Assembly: GCA_964016885.1 (NCBI GenBank)
Contig: OZ024743.1
Coordinates: forward strand, 220,844,001-220,908,000
Reading direction: 5' to 3'
DNA: 64,000 nucleotides
DNA from: Eledone cirrhosa
Lineage: Eukaryota
The position numbers were made by a program, and so were the translations under genes. Of the stretch, positions 1 through 14,129 are shown in pieces. The notes beneath the pieces are model-generated. The model was given only the letters and a program-made list of their open reading frames with translations, did no database searches and was not told where the DNA came from. The stretch's first letter is position 1. Every line of letters begins with the position of its first letter.

Positions 1-426
1 GTTAACCTCGGCGGGATTTGAACTCAGACCGTAAAGGGACCTAACTATGCTGCAAAGCATGGCGTCCGACCCTCTACCGATACTGACAATTCACCGCCCA
101 TGGCGTCCGACCCTCTACCAATACTGGCAATTCACCGCCCATGGCGTCCGACCCTCTACCGATACTGACAATTCACCGCCCATGGCGTCCGACCCTCTAC
201 CGATACTGACAATTCACCGCCCATGGCGTCCGACCCTCTACCAATACTGGCAATTCACCGCCCATGGCGTCCGACCCTCTACCGATACTGACAATTCACC
301 GCCCATGGCGTTCGACCCTCTACCAATACTGGCAATTCACCGCCCATGGCGTCCGACCCTCTACCGATACTGCCAATTCACCGCCCATGGCGTCCGACCC
401 TCTACCGATACTGCCAATTCACCGCC
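1..426 (-). mobile_element. tRNA-derived SINE (family A), 5' part, with tandemly amplified head; cut by window edge
   Basis: Minus strand has B-box GAGTTCAAATCC (14-25) and A-box-like TGGCAGTATCGG; sequence matches 10 other copies in the window. Confidence 0.85.
58..426. repeat. 41-bp minisatellite, 9 copies, derived from the SINE 5' head
   Basis: Unit catggcgtccgaccctctaccgatactgacaattcaccgcc starts at 58, 99, 140, 181, 222, 263, 304, 345, 386. Confidence 0.97.
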
Positions 427-524
427 ATCAGTTTCGATTATCATAATTTTCGATACTATTCAACAAAATCTAATTATAGAACTGAATAATAAATATAGCT
501 AAAGTGTGTATACAATATAACCCC

Positions 525-1110
525 CAACTCACACACACACCTATCTATAGCATATCAACTCACACACACACACACACCTATCTATAGCATATCAACTCAC
601 ACACACACCTATCTATAGCATATCAACTCACACACACACCTATCTATAGCATATCAACTCACACACACACCTATCTATAGCATATCAACTCACACACACA
701 CCTATCTATAGCATATCAACTCACACACACACACAACTATCTATAGCATATCAACACACACACACAGCTATCTATAGCATATCAACTCACACACACACCT
801 ATCTATGGCATATCAACTCACACACACACCTATCTATAGCATATCAACTCACACACACACACAACTATCTATAGCATATCAACACACACACACAGCTATC
901 TATAGCATATCAACTCACACACACACACAACTATCTATAGCATATCAACACACACACACAGCTATCTATAGCATATCAACTCACACACACACACAACTAT
1001 CTATAGCATATCAACACACACACACACCTATCTATAGCATATCAACTCACACACACAACTATCTATAGCATATCAACTCACACACACACAGCTATCTATA
1101 GCATATCAAC
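525..1110. repeat. Minisatellite: 18 copies of core ctatctatagcatatcaac separated by variable (CA)n
   Basis: Direct count of the 19-bp core; period about 29-37 bp. Confidence 0.95.
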
Positions 1111-1428
1111 GCACACAAATAAATACAACAAAAAAGGCCAAGTGATTTCTATAAATTATAAACGTATATACCACAAATGGTAAAATATGAGTGCTGAATT
1201 TTCAAAGCGGAATCTAATATAGATGGAGAGATTGTTTGTACGTATGTATCTATACATACATATATACAGATAAATGCATGCACAAAAATATATGTATACA
1301 TATATATACATATATATATATATGTATATGTATATATGTATATATGTATGTATGTATATATATATATAGGTGAGTGTGTGTATATATGTATCTATGAGAG
1401 AGAGATGTATATATATGCATATATATGC

Positions 1429-1510
<82 letters not shown>

Positions 1511-1548
1511 ATCTCTTTCTCTCTCTCTATATATAATATATATATATA

Positions 1549-1682
<134 letters not shown>

Positions 1683-1900
1683 TATATAGTGTAATCCTAC
1701 AAATTCTTTGCCTCGCATCTCCATGTTGATTTACGTCCTTTCAAGCGCTGTAAAAGCAGGTTGAAGGCGAAAAGCCATTAACAAACCAAATTATAGATTC
1801 ATTACGTAAGTATGTTACGAAACACAGTTAAGTCAATCATTTTTCCTGGCATTTTTTGCTTTGATTAATGAAATATATATATATATATATATATAATTAC

Positions 1901-1951
<51 letters not shown>

Positions 1952-1953
<2 letters not shown>

Positions 1954-2468
1954 GTAAACAATCTACCACATTCTGAGAAATGGTATGAGCATAGGCCAGA
2001 GGCGGTGATGGAGAACAGTCAGGTGAAGGTGCTGTGGGATTTTAGGATACAGACGGACAAAAAACTGGAACACAATAGACCTGACCTGGTGGTTGTGGAC
2101 AAAGAAAAAAGATCGTGCCTGATTGTGGATGTGGCCTGCCCGTTCGACACGAGAGTGCAAGAGAAGGAGAGGGAGAAAATTAACCGATACCAGGACCTAA
2201 AGTGGGAGGTGAAAAGGATTTGGAACTGCCATGAAGTCAAAGTGATCCCGATTGTCATAGGCGCACTGGGGACTATCTCCAAAGGTTTCCAGGGATGGTT
2301 AAAGAAAATCGGCCCCTTCACGCTTTTTGGAACGCTTCAAAAGGCATGCTTGCTTGGAACGGCAAGAACCCTCCGATACGTCCTGAATATCTGAGGCTGC
2401 AGGTAGTGGCTTGATATTCAATCCAACGGACTTTCCAGTTAACCAACATCAATGACTGAGATTCAAGG
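1952..2468 (+). mobile_element. 5'-truncated R4/Dong-like non-LTR retrotransposon (RLE domain + 3'UTR) inside (AAT)n
   Basis: ORF 2005-2394 has WDFRIQTDKKLEHNRPDLVV..IVDVACP..EKINRYQDL..PIVIGALG, a PD-(D/E)xK restriction-like endonuclease; (AAT)n on both sides. Confidence 0.9.
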
Positions 2469-2557
2469 AATAACAATAACAATAATAATAATAATAATAA
2501 TATATATAGTAATAAACAGAGTGAATGAATATATATGTATATATATATATGTATATC

Positions 2558-2630
<73 letters not shown>

Positions 2631-2750
2631 TACATATACATCTATGCGTACACACACAAGGCTGTATGTTCACTCTAGTGTACGCGTATACACATTATTT
2701 GCTTGTTTCGAGGATTATTTGAACAACATCGATTTACATATAATTATAAA

Positions 2751-2844
<94 letters not shown>

Positions 2845-3163
2845 CACCACCACTAGTATAGCGTGGTCCATTATGTATATGGAGGTATATAAGACAAATT
2901 TATGCGTTTGTGAATGTATAATTTTGGTGGCTGTCCAGTTACCACTATACTCAAATGACCATTTTTCCGCCGATATTTCATACGCAGGTTTTCTGATAAA
3001 TTTTACCTTATTTTGTTTGAATACGGAGTGAGCAAATGTCAGCGATGCAGTATAATATCTAGAAACACCTGTCTGTTATTCTCAACGGTTAGTGGGTTAG
3101 CAGCGACCTGATCAAATCTTATAATATTTATAAGTGACTCTTTTATATATCTTGACTCTTTTC

Positions 3164-3238
<75 letters not shown>

Positions 3239-3884
3239 CATACATTTAAATATATAAATGTATATATATACATATATACATATAATATGTATATGAGTGA
3301 GAGAGTGATGTAGAAAGAGAGAAAGATAAATCGATATTCCACAATCATATCAACATTCTTTTAGTATATTATCTGTCTTTCCAAAGGCATCCTTTCCACT
3401 ACATTCTTTCTAGCTGTCTCTCTCTCTGCTCACCCCTATATAACCTATTCGGGTAATATTCATTAATAAATTCATATATTCTAACAACTTCGATAACAAG
3501 ACATGAATATGTCCAAATCCATCACCGGCCTTATCACATTTTAGTGACAAGTTTCTATACTTGTAGTCTAGTTTTCCTGTTGCTAAGTTAAAACTGCTTA
3601 ATCTTCTCAACTAATAAGGATAAAGTAGTACTAATATTATAATCTAACAGCCAACATTATGCTTCATACACATATCCGGATGCGCATGCGTATAACCAGA
3701 TGGTCACATATCATTCCTATCTTTTATTATTTTTATACTTTATACTACTGTATACATAAACGTCATACTTGTTTTTCTTTTGGCCCTTTTTCAATAACAT
3801 AGGCTTTGTTGCCATCTGTATATTGCTCTTTTCATCTATTCATCTATATTTCTATATAATTAGAAATATACATGCATATATATA

Positions 3885-4024
3885 TGTCCAGAAATAGCCG
3901 TCGAAACAGCTTGAGCTCTACCGTCGGGGTTTAACATTTTCCTATTACCCACTCTACTACCCTAAGTATTGAGTACTCTGGTGCGTTATGGTCCATCTGG
4001 TTCCTTACCACACTTCCTTCGTTA
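3885..4024 (+). mobile_element. Short (TA)n-embedded element (family P7) with hammerhead 3' half; putative Penelope-like pLTR relic
   Basis: Homologous to 42754-42836, 51989-52150, 60311-60494; family consensus GAAA-cggct-tgagctc-agccg-TC. Confidence 0.55.
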
Positions 4025-4149
4025 TATATATATATACACATATATATATATATATAAATATATATATAATTGTGTGTGTAGCTAAGGCATAGCTCCACAT
4101 CCCCTTTGTTCTCACTACATTCGAAAATCGTGTGGGGAAACGACATATA

Positions 4150-4210
4150 ATGACTTCTACAGGTTTAGAACAGTTTCATTCGTATGCTACCATCAGGAAT
4201 GTAGAAGTAG
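4150..4210 (-). mobile_element. Degenerate hammerhead-like pLTR relic (family P6)
   Basis: Minus strand cttctaca..CTGATGG..GAAAC..tgtagaag; homologous to 5720, 13565, 51242. Confidence 0.45.
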
Positions 4211-4294
4211 TATATACATAATAAAGATGCTATACTCTACTAATGTATTGCGTGCCTTTTAACTGTAAGTTAACCCCCGGCAAAATTATATACA

Positions 4295-4401
<107 letters not shown>

Positions 4402-4426
4402 TTACGTATACACTCGGACACACACA

Positions 4427-4466
<40 letters not shown>

Positions 4467-4478
4467 GTTGTGCATACG

Positions 4479-4647
4479 CAGTATCGGTAGAGGGTCGGAT
4501 ACCATGCTTTGACGCATAGAGTTACGGCCCTTGCCATTCTGAGTTCAAATCCCGCCGAGGTTAACTTTGCCTTTCATCCTTACGGGGTCGATAAAATAAA
4601 GTACCAGTAATGCACTGGGATAATTGCTGGCCTTGTGCCAAAGTAGA

Positions 4648-4650
<3 letters not shown>
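4479..4650 (+). mobile_element. SINE family A
   Basis: gcagtatcggtagagggtcgg..GAGTTCAAATCC..ggccttgtgccaaagtagaaac; the only young plus-strand copy. Confidence 0.9.
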
Positions 4651-4700
<50 letters not shown>

Positions 4701-5099
4701 GTCTTTGTCCTTACAATATTTTACTATTTATCTCTCTATCTCAGCTTGTCTACTTTTTATCCTTTCTTCACTATCGAATACAATATTTAATATTAGGATG
4801 GCACTCCAGAGGCAAGTGTCATTATGAAATTGTCAGTGTAGCGAATGACTCAATAAGATAACTGATTAGAAATTTCCGACAAACTTTTGTAATTGCTTTA
4901 TTCTATTCTGATCTATGTTTTTGACTTGTTTCTTTGTTCAAAACCACAAAATCACCTCCAGCAAGCCAATCCAATATCCCAAGGTAATTACAATAAAGAA
5001 CTTGTAGACCAATGCTGCTATCAAACGATGGCAGCATATTGAACTGTTTCAATCGCTGCATTCATTATATTCTATTTGATTCTAATATCGTCACAGTGT

Positions 5100-5260
5100 A
5101 GACGCCGCATAGCTACGTGGTTAAGAAGATTGCTTCGCAATCCTTAGGCTTGTGTTCGAGCCCTGAGCGTGGAAACTTGTGCAAATGTCTAACACCATAG
5201 TCTCGTGTCGAGCGTAGTGCTGTGAAGAAAATCTGTTATTCCTCTCACAAGGCTTATGTC
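5100..5260 (+). mobile_element. Old tRNA-derived SINE (other family), diverged
   Basis: A-box-like tagctacgtggt and B-box-like gttcgagccc; related minus-strand relics near 6810-6920, 21050-21150, 33200-33330. Confidence 0.55.
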
Positions 5261-5588
5261 GACACCAGACTATGGTTAACACATTAACGTAAGGTGTTAC
5301 GCTGTGGCATCGAAACTTGGCACTCATATTTGCCAAGCAAACATTTTAATGTATTATATACAATATTGTGAAGTTCATGCCCATAATTATGGGCATCTGT
5401 ATAATAACAGATATGATGAAATTGAAATATCGAATAAGAGATAATGGCTTACGTATCGACACTTACTATTCAAACGGTACTTACGATTACAATATTATCA
5501 TATACATGTTTTGTAACACTGATTAGATAAAGAGAAAATACACGAAGAAAGCTGATATGGGAGAGAAGCAAAAGACTGTTTTTCAAGA

Positions 5589-5677
<89 letters not shown>

Positions 5678-5719
5678 AATATATATGCATACATATATAT
5701 ATATATATATTTAATACGG

Positions 5720-5775
5720 AAATGGCTTCTACAGGACTAGAACTGTTTCATTCGAAAGAAATCATCAGTAATGTT
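5720..5775 (-). ncRNA. Hammerhead-like motif (family P6), degenerate
   Basis: Minus: catta-CTGATGA-tttctttcgaat-GAAA-cagt-TC-tagtc. Confidence 0.45.
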
Positions 5776-5942
5776 GCAATAACTGAGAATTGAAATATGT
5801 TAGGCATTTTGGTTAGTCCGGACCAAACTACTGCAATGTACTGTATATGTATTTTACTTGACATTCGAAATCTTTGTCTTTTATATTTGCTAATCCTTGT
5901 ATATCCCTACATCTCCCTCTTTCTTCCTTTATCTATTTCGAT

Positions 5943-6010
<68 letters not shown>

Positions 6011-6184
6011 CATATATGCGTGCATTATAGATATATATACATATCTAACTGCGGGTCTATTTTCCTATTCATCAATCAATCAATATTTCTATTTATCTAT
6101 CTATATCTTCTGCTTTACCTTCCCTTACACTACACACACACTCTGTCTCTCCCCTCCCCTCTCTCTCTATATATATATATGTAA

Positions 6185-6238
<54 letters not shown>

Positions 6239-7807
6239 ATGTATATGTATGCATGTATGTATGTATATATATATATATATATATGCATAAATTCTTTCAA
6301 TTTTGCACTTTACTTTTCTGTATCGACTAATCTGTAGTGATATTTTTAAATTTCTAAGTACGATAAAATGTGTATTATCAAAGTAAAACATATGTATACG
6401 AATATAACAACAAGAATTTGAAATATCAATGAATCATTTAATGTAGAACTGGGAACTGAAATAGATATGTAAAATGTAAATCTTCAGGTTAACTAATCTT
6501 CTAGATGTAATCTTCATGTAAGCCTAGGGAATGGATTCACGTAACTAAAATATTTGAAATTAGTTGTTTCTATGAAGTTAAGACATGACATTTGGTTTTT
6601 ATTCTATTCAAATATTAGTTGTATGATGAAATGTCCTCTGTTTATTTTGATGCTGCATTATCCAGTTTGATCCACTGAACCAACCGAACAACTTGCTCGT
6701 AAAATTTATGTGTAAGGGACAGAGCATTCCACAGGCATGTGTATCCTTAACGTAATTCTCAGTCAGTTTAAGCGTGAGACTACAGTTAGCCCGACCGACT
6801 TCCAAACCAATTTCACTCACAAGGCATCGATCATCTAGGGACTGTTGTCAAGATTATTTGCCCCAAGATGCCAGTCATGGGGGATCGAACCTAAGACCTT
6901 ATGATTTTGAAGCGAAATTTACGGTACATATGTATAGAAAAAGGGGCAGCTCTAGTTAAGAGATAGCTCATACTATCGTAGCTAAGATGGATGCTTCTCA
7001 AAAACATGTTGACTCAATTTGCATACCACATCATTGTGCCTTAGGCAAATTCTCTCTCTTTCTCATTTTATTTTAAAAACCTTTCACACAGTTAATCCAC
7101 AAATTTCCTTTAACATAAAATCAATGTCGCAGTCATATTTATTTCTTCTATATATAAATTTGAGCGACTTCCGTTCGTCCTTCCGTCACACACTAGAGAT
7201 GACTGAGGAAGGAAGGGGTGATGATGTCACGCACTAAAGATGATTGAGGAAGGAAGGAGTGATTCAGGCTACTACCATACAAATACACATACGCGTCAGA
7301 GTGTTGAAAAAATTGCTAATCTATTGTTTACCTAGCGTCAGATTTATAAAGACAACATTTTCTAACCACCAGTACAAGAGTAAGTGTACCTGTTTAGTTC
7401 TCACACCCTATTTTTTTTTGTTATAGAAATGACAATCTAACAAAATAGCCCATGTATATCTGGTGGTTTGTTTAGGAGTTACATGTGATACAATACAAGA
7501 GTTTTAAGGCCTTTTCTCCCTGCAAATATAATGGTTAGCTTTGTGAGTCCAATGACAGGTTTTACATTTATCATCTACTCTTTTCGAGTCAATGCTTTAC
7601 AACAAGATATACTTACTACCACCGACATTTTAGTTGCTTTTATTAACACGCAAGGATGCGGTGTTCCTATTCTAAATCGGATACACATGGCGCTTAAGAA
7701 TTAAATGTGGTATTTAGAAAATACACATGGAATCAGATTCGTAAGTATGTGAATAAAAATTCTTCTTCTGAATAAAGAATCGAGGACAATATAAATATAT
7801 ATATAAA

Positions 7808-7865
<58 letters not shown>

Positions 7866-8129
7866 CACTTATTTTTTTATATTTTTTATCATTTATTTTG
7901 TTTTGACCTGTTTAGCTTGTTTTGTTTTTTTGGCTTGGCTGGTTAATGCTTCCTTGACCACCTTTTCAGTTTTGTATGGCTTCTTAACACATTGTTTAGC
8001 TCTGGTTTTTAACTATTGAGTACTTTGCCAGTATCATTTCTGATTTTTGCGTTTCGCTTCGCTTTTCCTGACCGCCGAAAATGCGATTATCGCTGAATCT
8101 TTATTTGTATATATATATATATATATCTT

Positions 8130-8380
8130 TAGGTTTGTTGGTTCACCACTGATAGAATTGGTCATTCCGTATGGTCAATCTTGGTGTAATATTGTGGAGA
8201 GTACTCAACGTAGTGCAGTTCACCCGTCTTCGTTTGTGCAGTTGATGATGCGAATACGGAGTTAATTATAAATAAAATGACAGGAGGCTGGACTGGTGTA
8301 AATCCTTGAAAGGTTTATTATACTATGATCATTTCAATGACCGGGTTCCATATGAATCCGGCGATATCATCAGGTATTCG
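8130..8380 (-). mobile_element. Penelope-like pLTR relic (family P4)
   Basis: 8130-8320 is visibly homologous to 16760-16960; contains a hammerhead core. Confidence 0.55.
8320..8377 (-). ncRNA. Type-I hammerhead ribozyme motif
   Basis: Minus: atac-CTGATGA-[imperfect stem II with ccgg..ccgg]-GAAA-TGATCA(palindrome)-TA-gtat. Confidence 0.6.
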
Positions 8381-8708
8381 AACATAACAAAGGAATATGT
8401 AAAAAACCATGGATCCGAAAAATCAGGGACAGAGACAAAGAGGACGACTAACCGACTAGCTGCTTTCACCTAGGCCAGTCGCCCTCAAAGTGATGGCAAC
8501 TCAAACTACTAATGACCATCTGGTGAGGGGGCGAAAGCTTATAATGCACTACGACCTCTCCGTCAAAGAAAAAGGGGAAGAAAGAAAGAAAGGAAGAAAG
8601 AAGAAAAGAGGAAGAAAGAAGTCAGCGTAAGGGTCACACTACAGTCATGCTAGAAAACGCCGCTAAAAATGCTACTCCAAAGAATCTATATTTAACAAAG
8701 GCATATAT

Positions 8709-8778
8709 AATTGTTTCTACTATTGGCACAAGGCCAGAAAATTACCCAGTACATTACTGGTACTTTATTTTATCGACT
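8709..8778 (-). mobile_element. SINE family A, 3' fragment
   Basis: aattgtttctactattggcacaaggcc..ctggtactttattttatcgac. Confidence 0.85.
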
Positions 8779-9652
8779 ATATAATGGGTGTCTGTATGGT
8801 CTAATGTGTGAAGCGAAAATTGGAACGTTAAACTTATGTTACGAGTTATAGGATGCAATTAAATTAAAATATATTAATTGGCAAATGATAAATTGAAAAG
8901 TAAATTATTAGAAAATTAAAAAATTAAAGGTTAAGGTAGCGAGATTTATATAATGAACTTTCAGAGAGAGTCTTATATGAAAAAAGTTAATCTCGATAAG
9001 ATATCAGGATGGAATATAGAGTAAAGATTTCGATTGTGAATCCCTGCCAGCACCTCCTAACCACTAGTCAGCCAGTTACGAGTGGTATCGTCCAGCGAAA
9101 GAAATGGAAATTAATATTTCCGAGTACTCTAGGAACGTAGCTACTTTAGGCCCCGGGAGTGTTGGCGGGAAATCTACAATTTCGAGAGGCCATCGTCTAT
9201 ACCAAACGTATATTATTAATTCACACATGAGGGGTTTATTTACGTGCCAGTAGAGACATGATACAGCTAATAGTTATGCCTAAGCCTGGAGTTTATAGGT
9301 ATAAGTATAATATGGCGGCCAAAACAGGCGGCGCGGTGGGACCGGGGCAAAGTAATACGCTCCGAGTATTTTCGTTTACTGAAAGAGGAGAAATTTATTT
9401 TTCCAAGCACTCAAGGAAGGCTGAACTTTCCTAGTGCCCAGCGCGCAGCCGGGAAAAGCCACCACAGAAGTCGAAGGTAACCCAGTGAAAAGTGCAAATA
9501 GACCATAATTATTTCAAAGTCCCAGTTAGTCCGGGTTATAAGTAGTGTGGTTCTTGGTGGGCAGGGGATTATGAAAGGTGCATAATGACCTGAGTAAGGA
9601 AAGTTACAAAAAAAAAAAATAAAAGGACACACACACAGACACACACACACAC

Positions 9653-9708
<56 letters not shown>

Positions 9709-9932
9709 GTATGTATGTTTTTATGTATGTACATACATATATAAATATATATGTATATACATATATATATATATATATTTAATACAATAACAGAGATAGT
9801 TTAAAGGTAAACTCTGACTGGTAACCATCTCACTCAACAAACATTAGGTTATATATATATATATATACGCACATATATATGTATATATATAAATATATAT
9901 ATACCCGCATTTCCATTTCATAAACTTCTTCT

Positions 9933-9976
<44 letters not shown>

Positions 9977-9990
<14 letters not shown>

Positions 9991-10160
9991 AAATGTATGT
10001 ACACACACACATATATGCGTGCGTTTGTGCATATATATGAACACACAGAAACAGAGATATGCATACATATATATATATATATATATGCATATCTCTGTTT
10101 CTGTGTGTTTATAAACATGCAAAAACACACGCATATATGTGTGTGTGTGTACATACATTT

Positions 10161-10173
<13 letters not shown>
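9977..10173. repeat. Imperfect palindrome centred on (TA)n
   Basis: aacacacagaaacagagatatgcata-(TA)n-tatgcatatctctgtttctgtgtgtt, extending with mismatches. Confidence 0.9.
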
Positions 10174-10233
<60 letters not shown>

Positions 10234-10238
10234 TATAC

Positions 10239-10335
<97 letters not shown>

Positions 10336-10367
10336 CATATATATTTATATATATACCTATATATATG

Positions 10368-10402
<35 letters not shown>

Positions 10403-10405
10403 TCA

Positions 10406-10437
<32 letters not shown>

Positions 10438-10472
10438 CATATATATTTATATATGTATGTACATACATAAAG

Positions 10473-10561
<89 letters not shown>

Positions 10562-11136
10562 TGTCTGTGTGTGTGTGTTGGTGTGTGTATGTGTATTGGA
10601 TTATAAAACCATCTCAATTTATTCTCCATAAGATTCAATCAAACTTTCGATCATTTACAACTAATTTGTTTTGCTGCTCTACTTCATACAAGCACCCTCC
10701 ATCGTTCCCACACCACCCACAGCCTCAATCACTATCTAGTCACTCAGTTATTACATAGACCCACCTCCGACGTCACTACCACTCTACCAGCCGCCCCACA
10801 CCTATATATACATCGATCTAGATATTTTTGAAAACTACATTCAAATTAAACATAACTTTATAACATGTAATACTGTACAATACAATGTTAAGGTAACGCA
10901 ATAAATTGCTAATTAAATCACAACAAGAAAATTATTAAATTGAATCGAGTTTCATTTCTCTCTAACATATATTCAAGTTCAAGCAGCCAGACATTTCTGG
11001 TAGCCTACCCAAATATTATATGTACATGCATGTATGTGTACGTGTGTTGGTGTGTATATGTGTCTGTGTATATGTGTGCGTGTATGCGTGTGTCTCTGTG
11101 TCTATGCCTGTACAATATCATTACATGCATACATGC

Positions 11137-11216
<80 letters not shown>

Positions 11217-11412
11217 TAGAGAGCGAGAGAGAGAGTGAAAGAGAGAGATAGAAAGAGGGGTGGACAGATAGGTAGATACACGTATATATATACATATACG
11301 AACGTAAATAAGTAGATACACACATAATATACATGCATATACATATGCATACAAACATAGATACATACATACACATACACACATACGAGCATACACACAC
11401 AAACACACACAT

Positions 11413-11469
<57 letters not shown>

Positions 11470-11819
11470 CACACATACATACATACATTTATACATACAT
11501 ACATAGATGGTTGCATGCCTGCTTCCACGTAAATAAAAGAGACTATACAAAAGAGTAGGTAGGTAAATTGGTCGATAAATTCAAGAAATTCTTAACAATT
11601 TCACTGGGACGGAAACATTGGCAAAGAAATAATTTTGATATATTTAATATTAATCCAAGTCTTTTGAATAGCGGAACATAATATTGTTGTTACACACGGA
11701 AAAAACTAATATATAAATATATATATATAAATACACATACAGACATACGCCCGCGCGTGCACAGACTCACACATACACAAACACATACACACAAACATAT
11801 ATACACACACTCTCATATA

Positions 11820-11883
<64 letters not shown>

Positions 11884-11891
11884 TATACATA

Positions 11892-11947
<56 letters not shown>

Positions 11948-12017
11948 CATATATATACATATATATGTACATATATATAATATAAGATCAAAAGATGGTT
12001 AAAAGAGTTCCAAGTAA

Positions 12018-12079
12018 TTTATTATGCGCATTTCAAAAACAAATATCATCATGGGATGATACCTGCGTTCTCATCAGAT

Positions 12080-12082
<3 letters not shown>
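12018..12082 (-). ncRNA. Type-I hammerhead ribozyme motif, near-intact
   Basis: Minus: tttat-CTGATGA-gaacgcaggtatcatc(ccat)gatgatatttgttttt-GAAA-TGCGCA(palindrome)-TA-ataaa. Confidence 0.7.
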
Positions 12083-12304
<222 letters not shown>

Positions 12305-12450
12305 AACTTCTATTACTGCTATTACTGCTATTACTGCTACTACAACTACTACTTCTAAGTTAATATCAAAACGTAGTAATAGAAGCTGCAGTATCAGCTA
12401 CAGCAACAGCAGCAGCAGTAGCAGTAATAGTAGTGGTTGTTATACTAGTA

Positions 12451-12506
<56 letters not shown>

Positions 12507-12513
<7 letters not shown>

Positions 12514-12997
12514 ACGTATCGGAGGGTTCTTGCTGTTCCCAGCAAGCATGCCTTTTGAAGCGTTCCAAAAAGCGTGAAGGGGCCAATTTTCTTTAACCAT
12601 CTCTGGAAACTTTTTGAGATAGTCCCTAGTGCGCCTATGACAATCGGACCACTTTGACTTCACGGCAGTTCCAAATCCTTTTTACCTCCCACTTTAAGTT
12701 CTGGTATCGGTTAATTTTCTCCCTCTCCTTCTCTTGCACTCTCGTGTCGAATGGGCAGGCCACACCCACAATCAGACACGATCTTTTTTCTTTGTCCACA
12801 ACCACCAGGTCAGGTCTATTGTGTTCCAGTTTCTTGTCCGTCTGTATCCTAAAATCCCACAGCACCTTCACCTGATCGTTCTCCATCGCCGCCTCTGGCT
12901 TATGCTCATACCATTTCTCAGAATGTGGTAAACTGTTTACTTTGCACAGGTGCCAGTGGATCACCCTGCCATCACATCATGTCTCCAGCCCTTATAT
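12507..12997 (-). mobile_element. R4/Dong-like fragment (RLE domain), same family as 1952-2468, flanked by (ATT)n
   Basis: Minus strand encodes RHD (just upstream, frameshifted) then IHWHLCK..HNRPDLVV; near-identical to the first copy. Confidence 0.9.
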
Positions 12998-12998
12998 A

Positions 12999-13079
<81 letters not shown>

Positions 13080-13394
13080 TGTTGTAGTCGCATCAGCAGC
13101 ATCAGCAACAGTTGTAGTAGTATTAGCACCATGCCACTTTAAGATATATGCTTTAAGAAATTTATTAATCGAATCCAATTCAATTGAACGTAAATATATG
13201 AAGCAATAAATATAATATTAGACAGTGATGGAAGAAAAATGTTTTGCGATGGATTTATTGCAAATACCTTAAAGATAAAATACGTAGGCATAGGCATGGA
13301 TGCGTGCTTAAGGAGTTTTCTACTGAGTCACACATGCGCACACACACACACATACACACATACACACACACGCTAACACAGACACACACACATG

Positions 13395-13560
<166 letters not shown>

Positions 13561-13564
13561 AGCT

Positions 13565-13625
13565 CGACATGACTAGAACTGTTTCATAAGTGAAACAGTT
13601 CAAATCCTGCAAGAGTCATTTCTAT
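13565..13625. repeat. Fold-back of family P6 hammerhead 3' half
   Basis: gaactgtttca-taag-tgaaacagttc inside (TA)n. Confidence 0.6.
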
Positions 13626-13635
13626 ATATATAATA

Positions 13636-13735
<100 letters not shown>

Positions 13736-13911
13736 CATTATAAAACTCTTTTTTAAAGGCCACTCCCATTTTTCAGTAATGTCATTTTATCCAATAATGT
13801 CACTTTGACGAATCAAAGAAAGGATAAAAAGGAAAACAGGCCCTAAAATATATTTTCCGTGCTATTTTCAACTTCACCTTCTCTCTCTCTTCCTCTCCCT
13901 CCCTCCCTCCC

Positions 13912-13970
<59 letters not shown>

Positions 13971-13974
<4 letters not shown>

Positions 13975-14129
13975 GTTATGTAATAAACAACATAAGATAA
14001 TTATTTCATTTACCAGCGGTTTCTTGAAAGCAAACAAAATTTGTTTTCAATCATTGAAAGCAAATTTTGTTTGCTTTCAAGAAACCACTGGTAAATGAAA
14101 TAATTATCTTATGTTGTTTATTACATAAC

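Noticed and set aside
47-502. 151-aa repetitive ORF
   Set aside because: Antisense translation of the SINE-head minisatellite.
58-1110. CRISPR-like arrays
   Set aside because: Units are contiguous or separated only by (CA)n; no unique spacers, no cas genes, eukaryotic context.
4479-4560. tRNA genes at SINE heads
   Set aside because: A/B boxes present but no cloverleaf, and always fused to a SINE body.
9000-9610. GC-richer island as promoter or coding region
   Set aside because: No motif recognised in the frames I read; probably an unclassified TE fragment.
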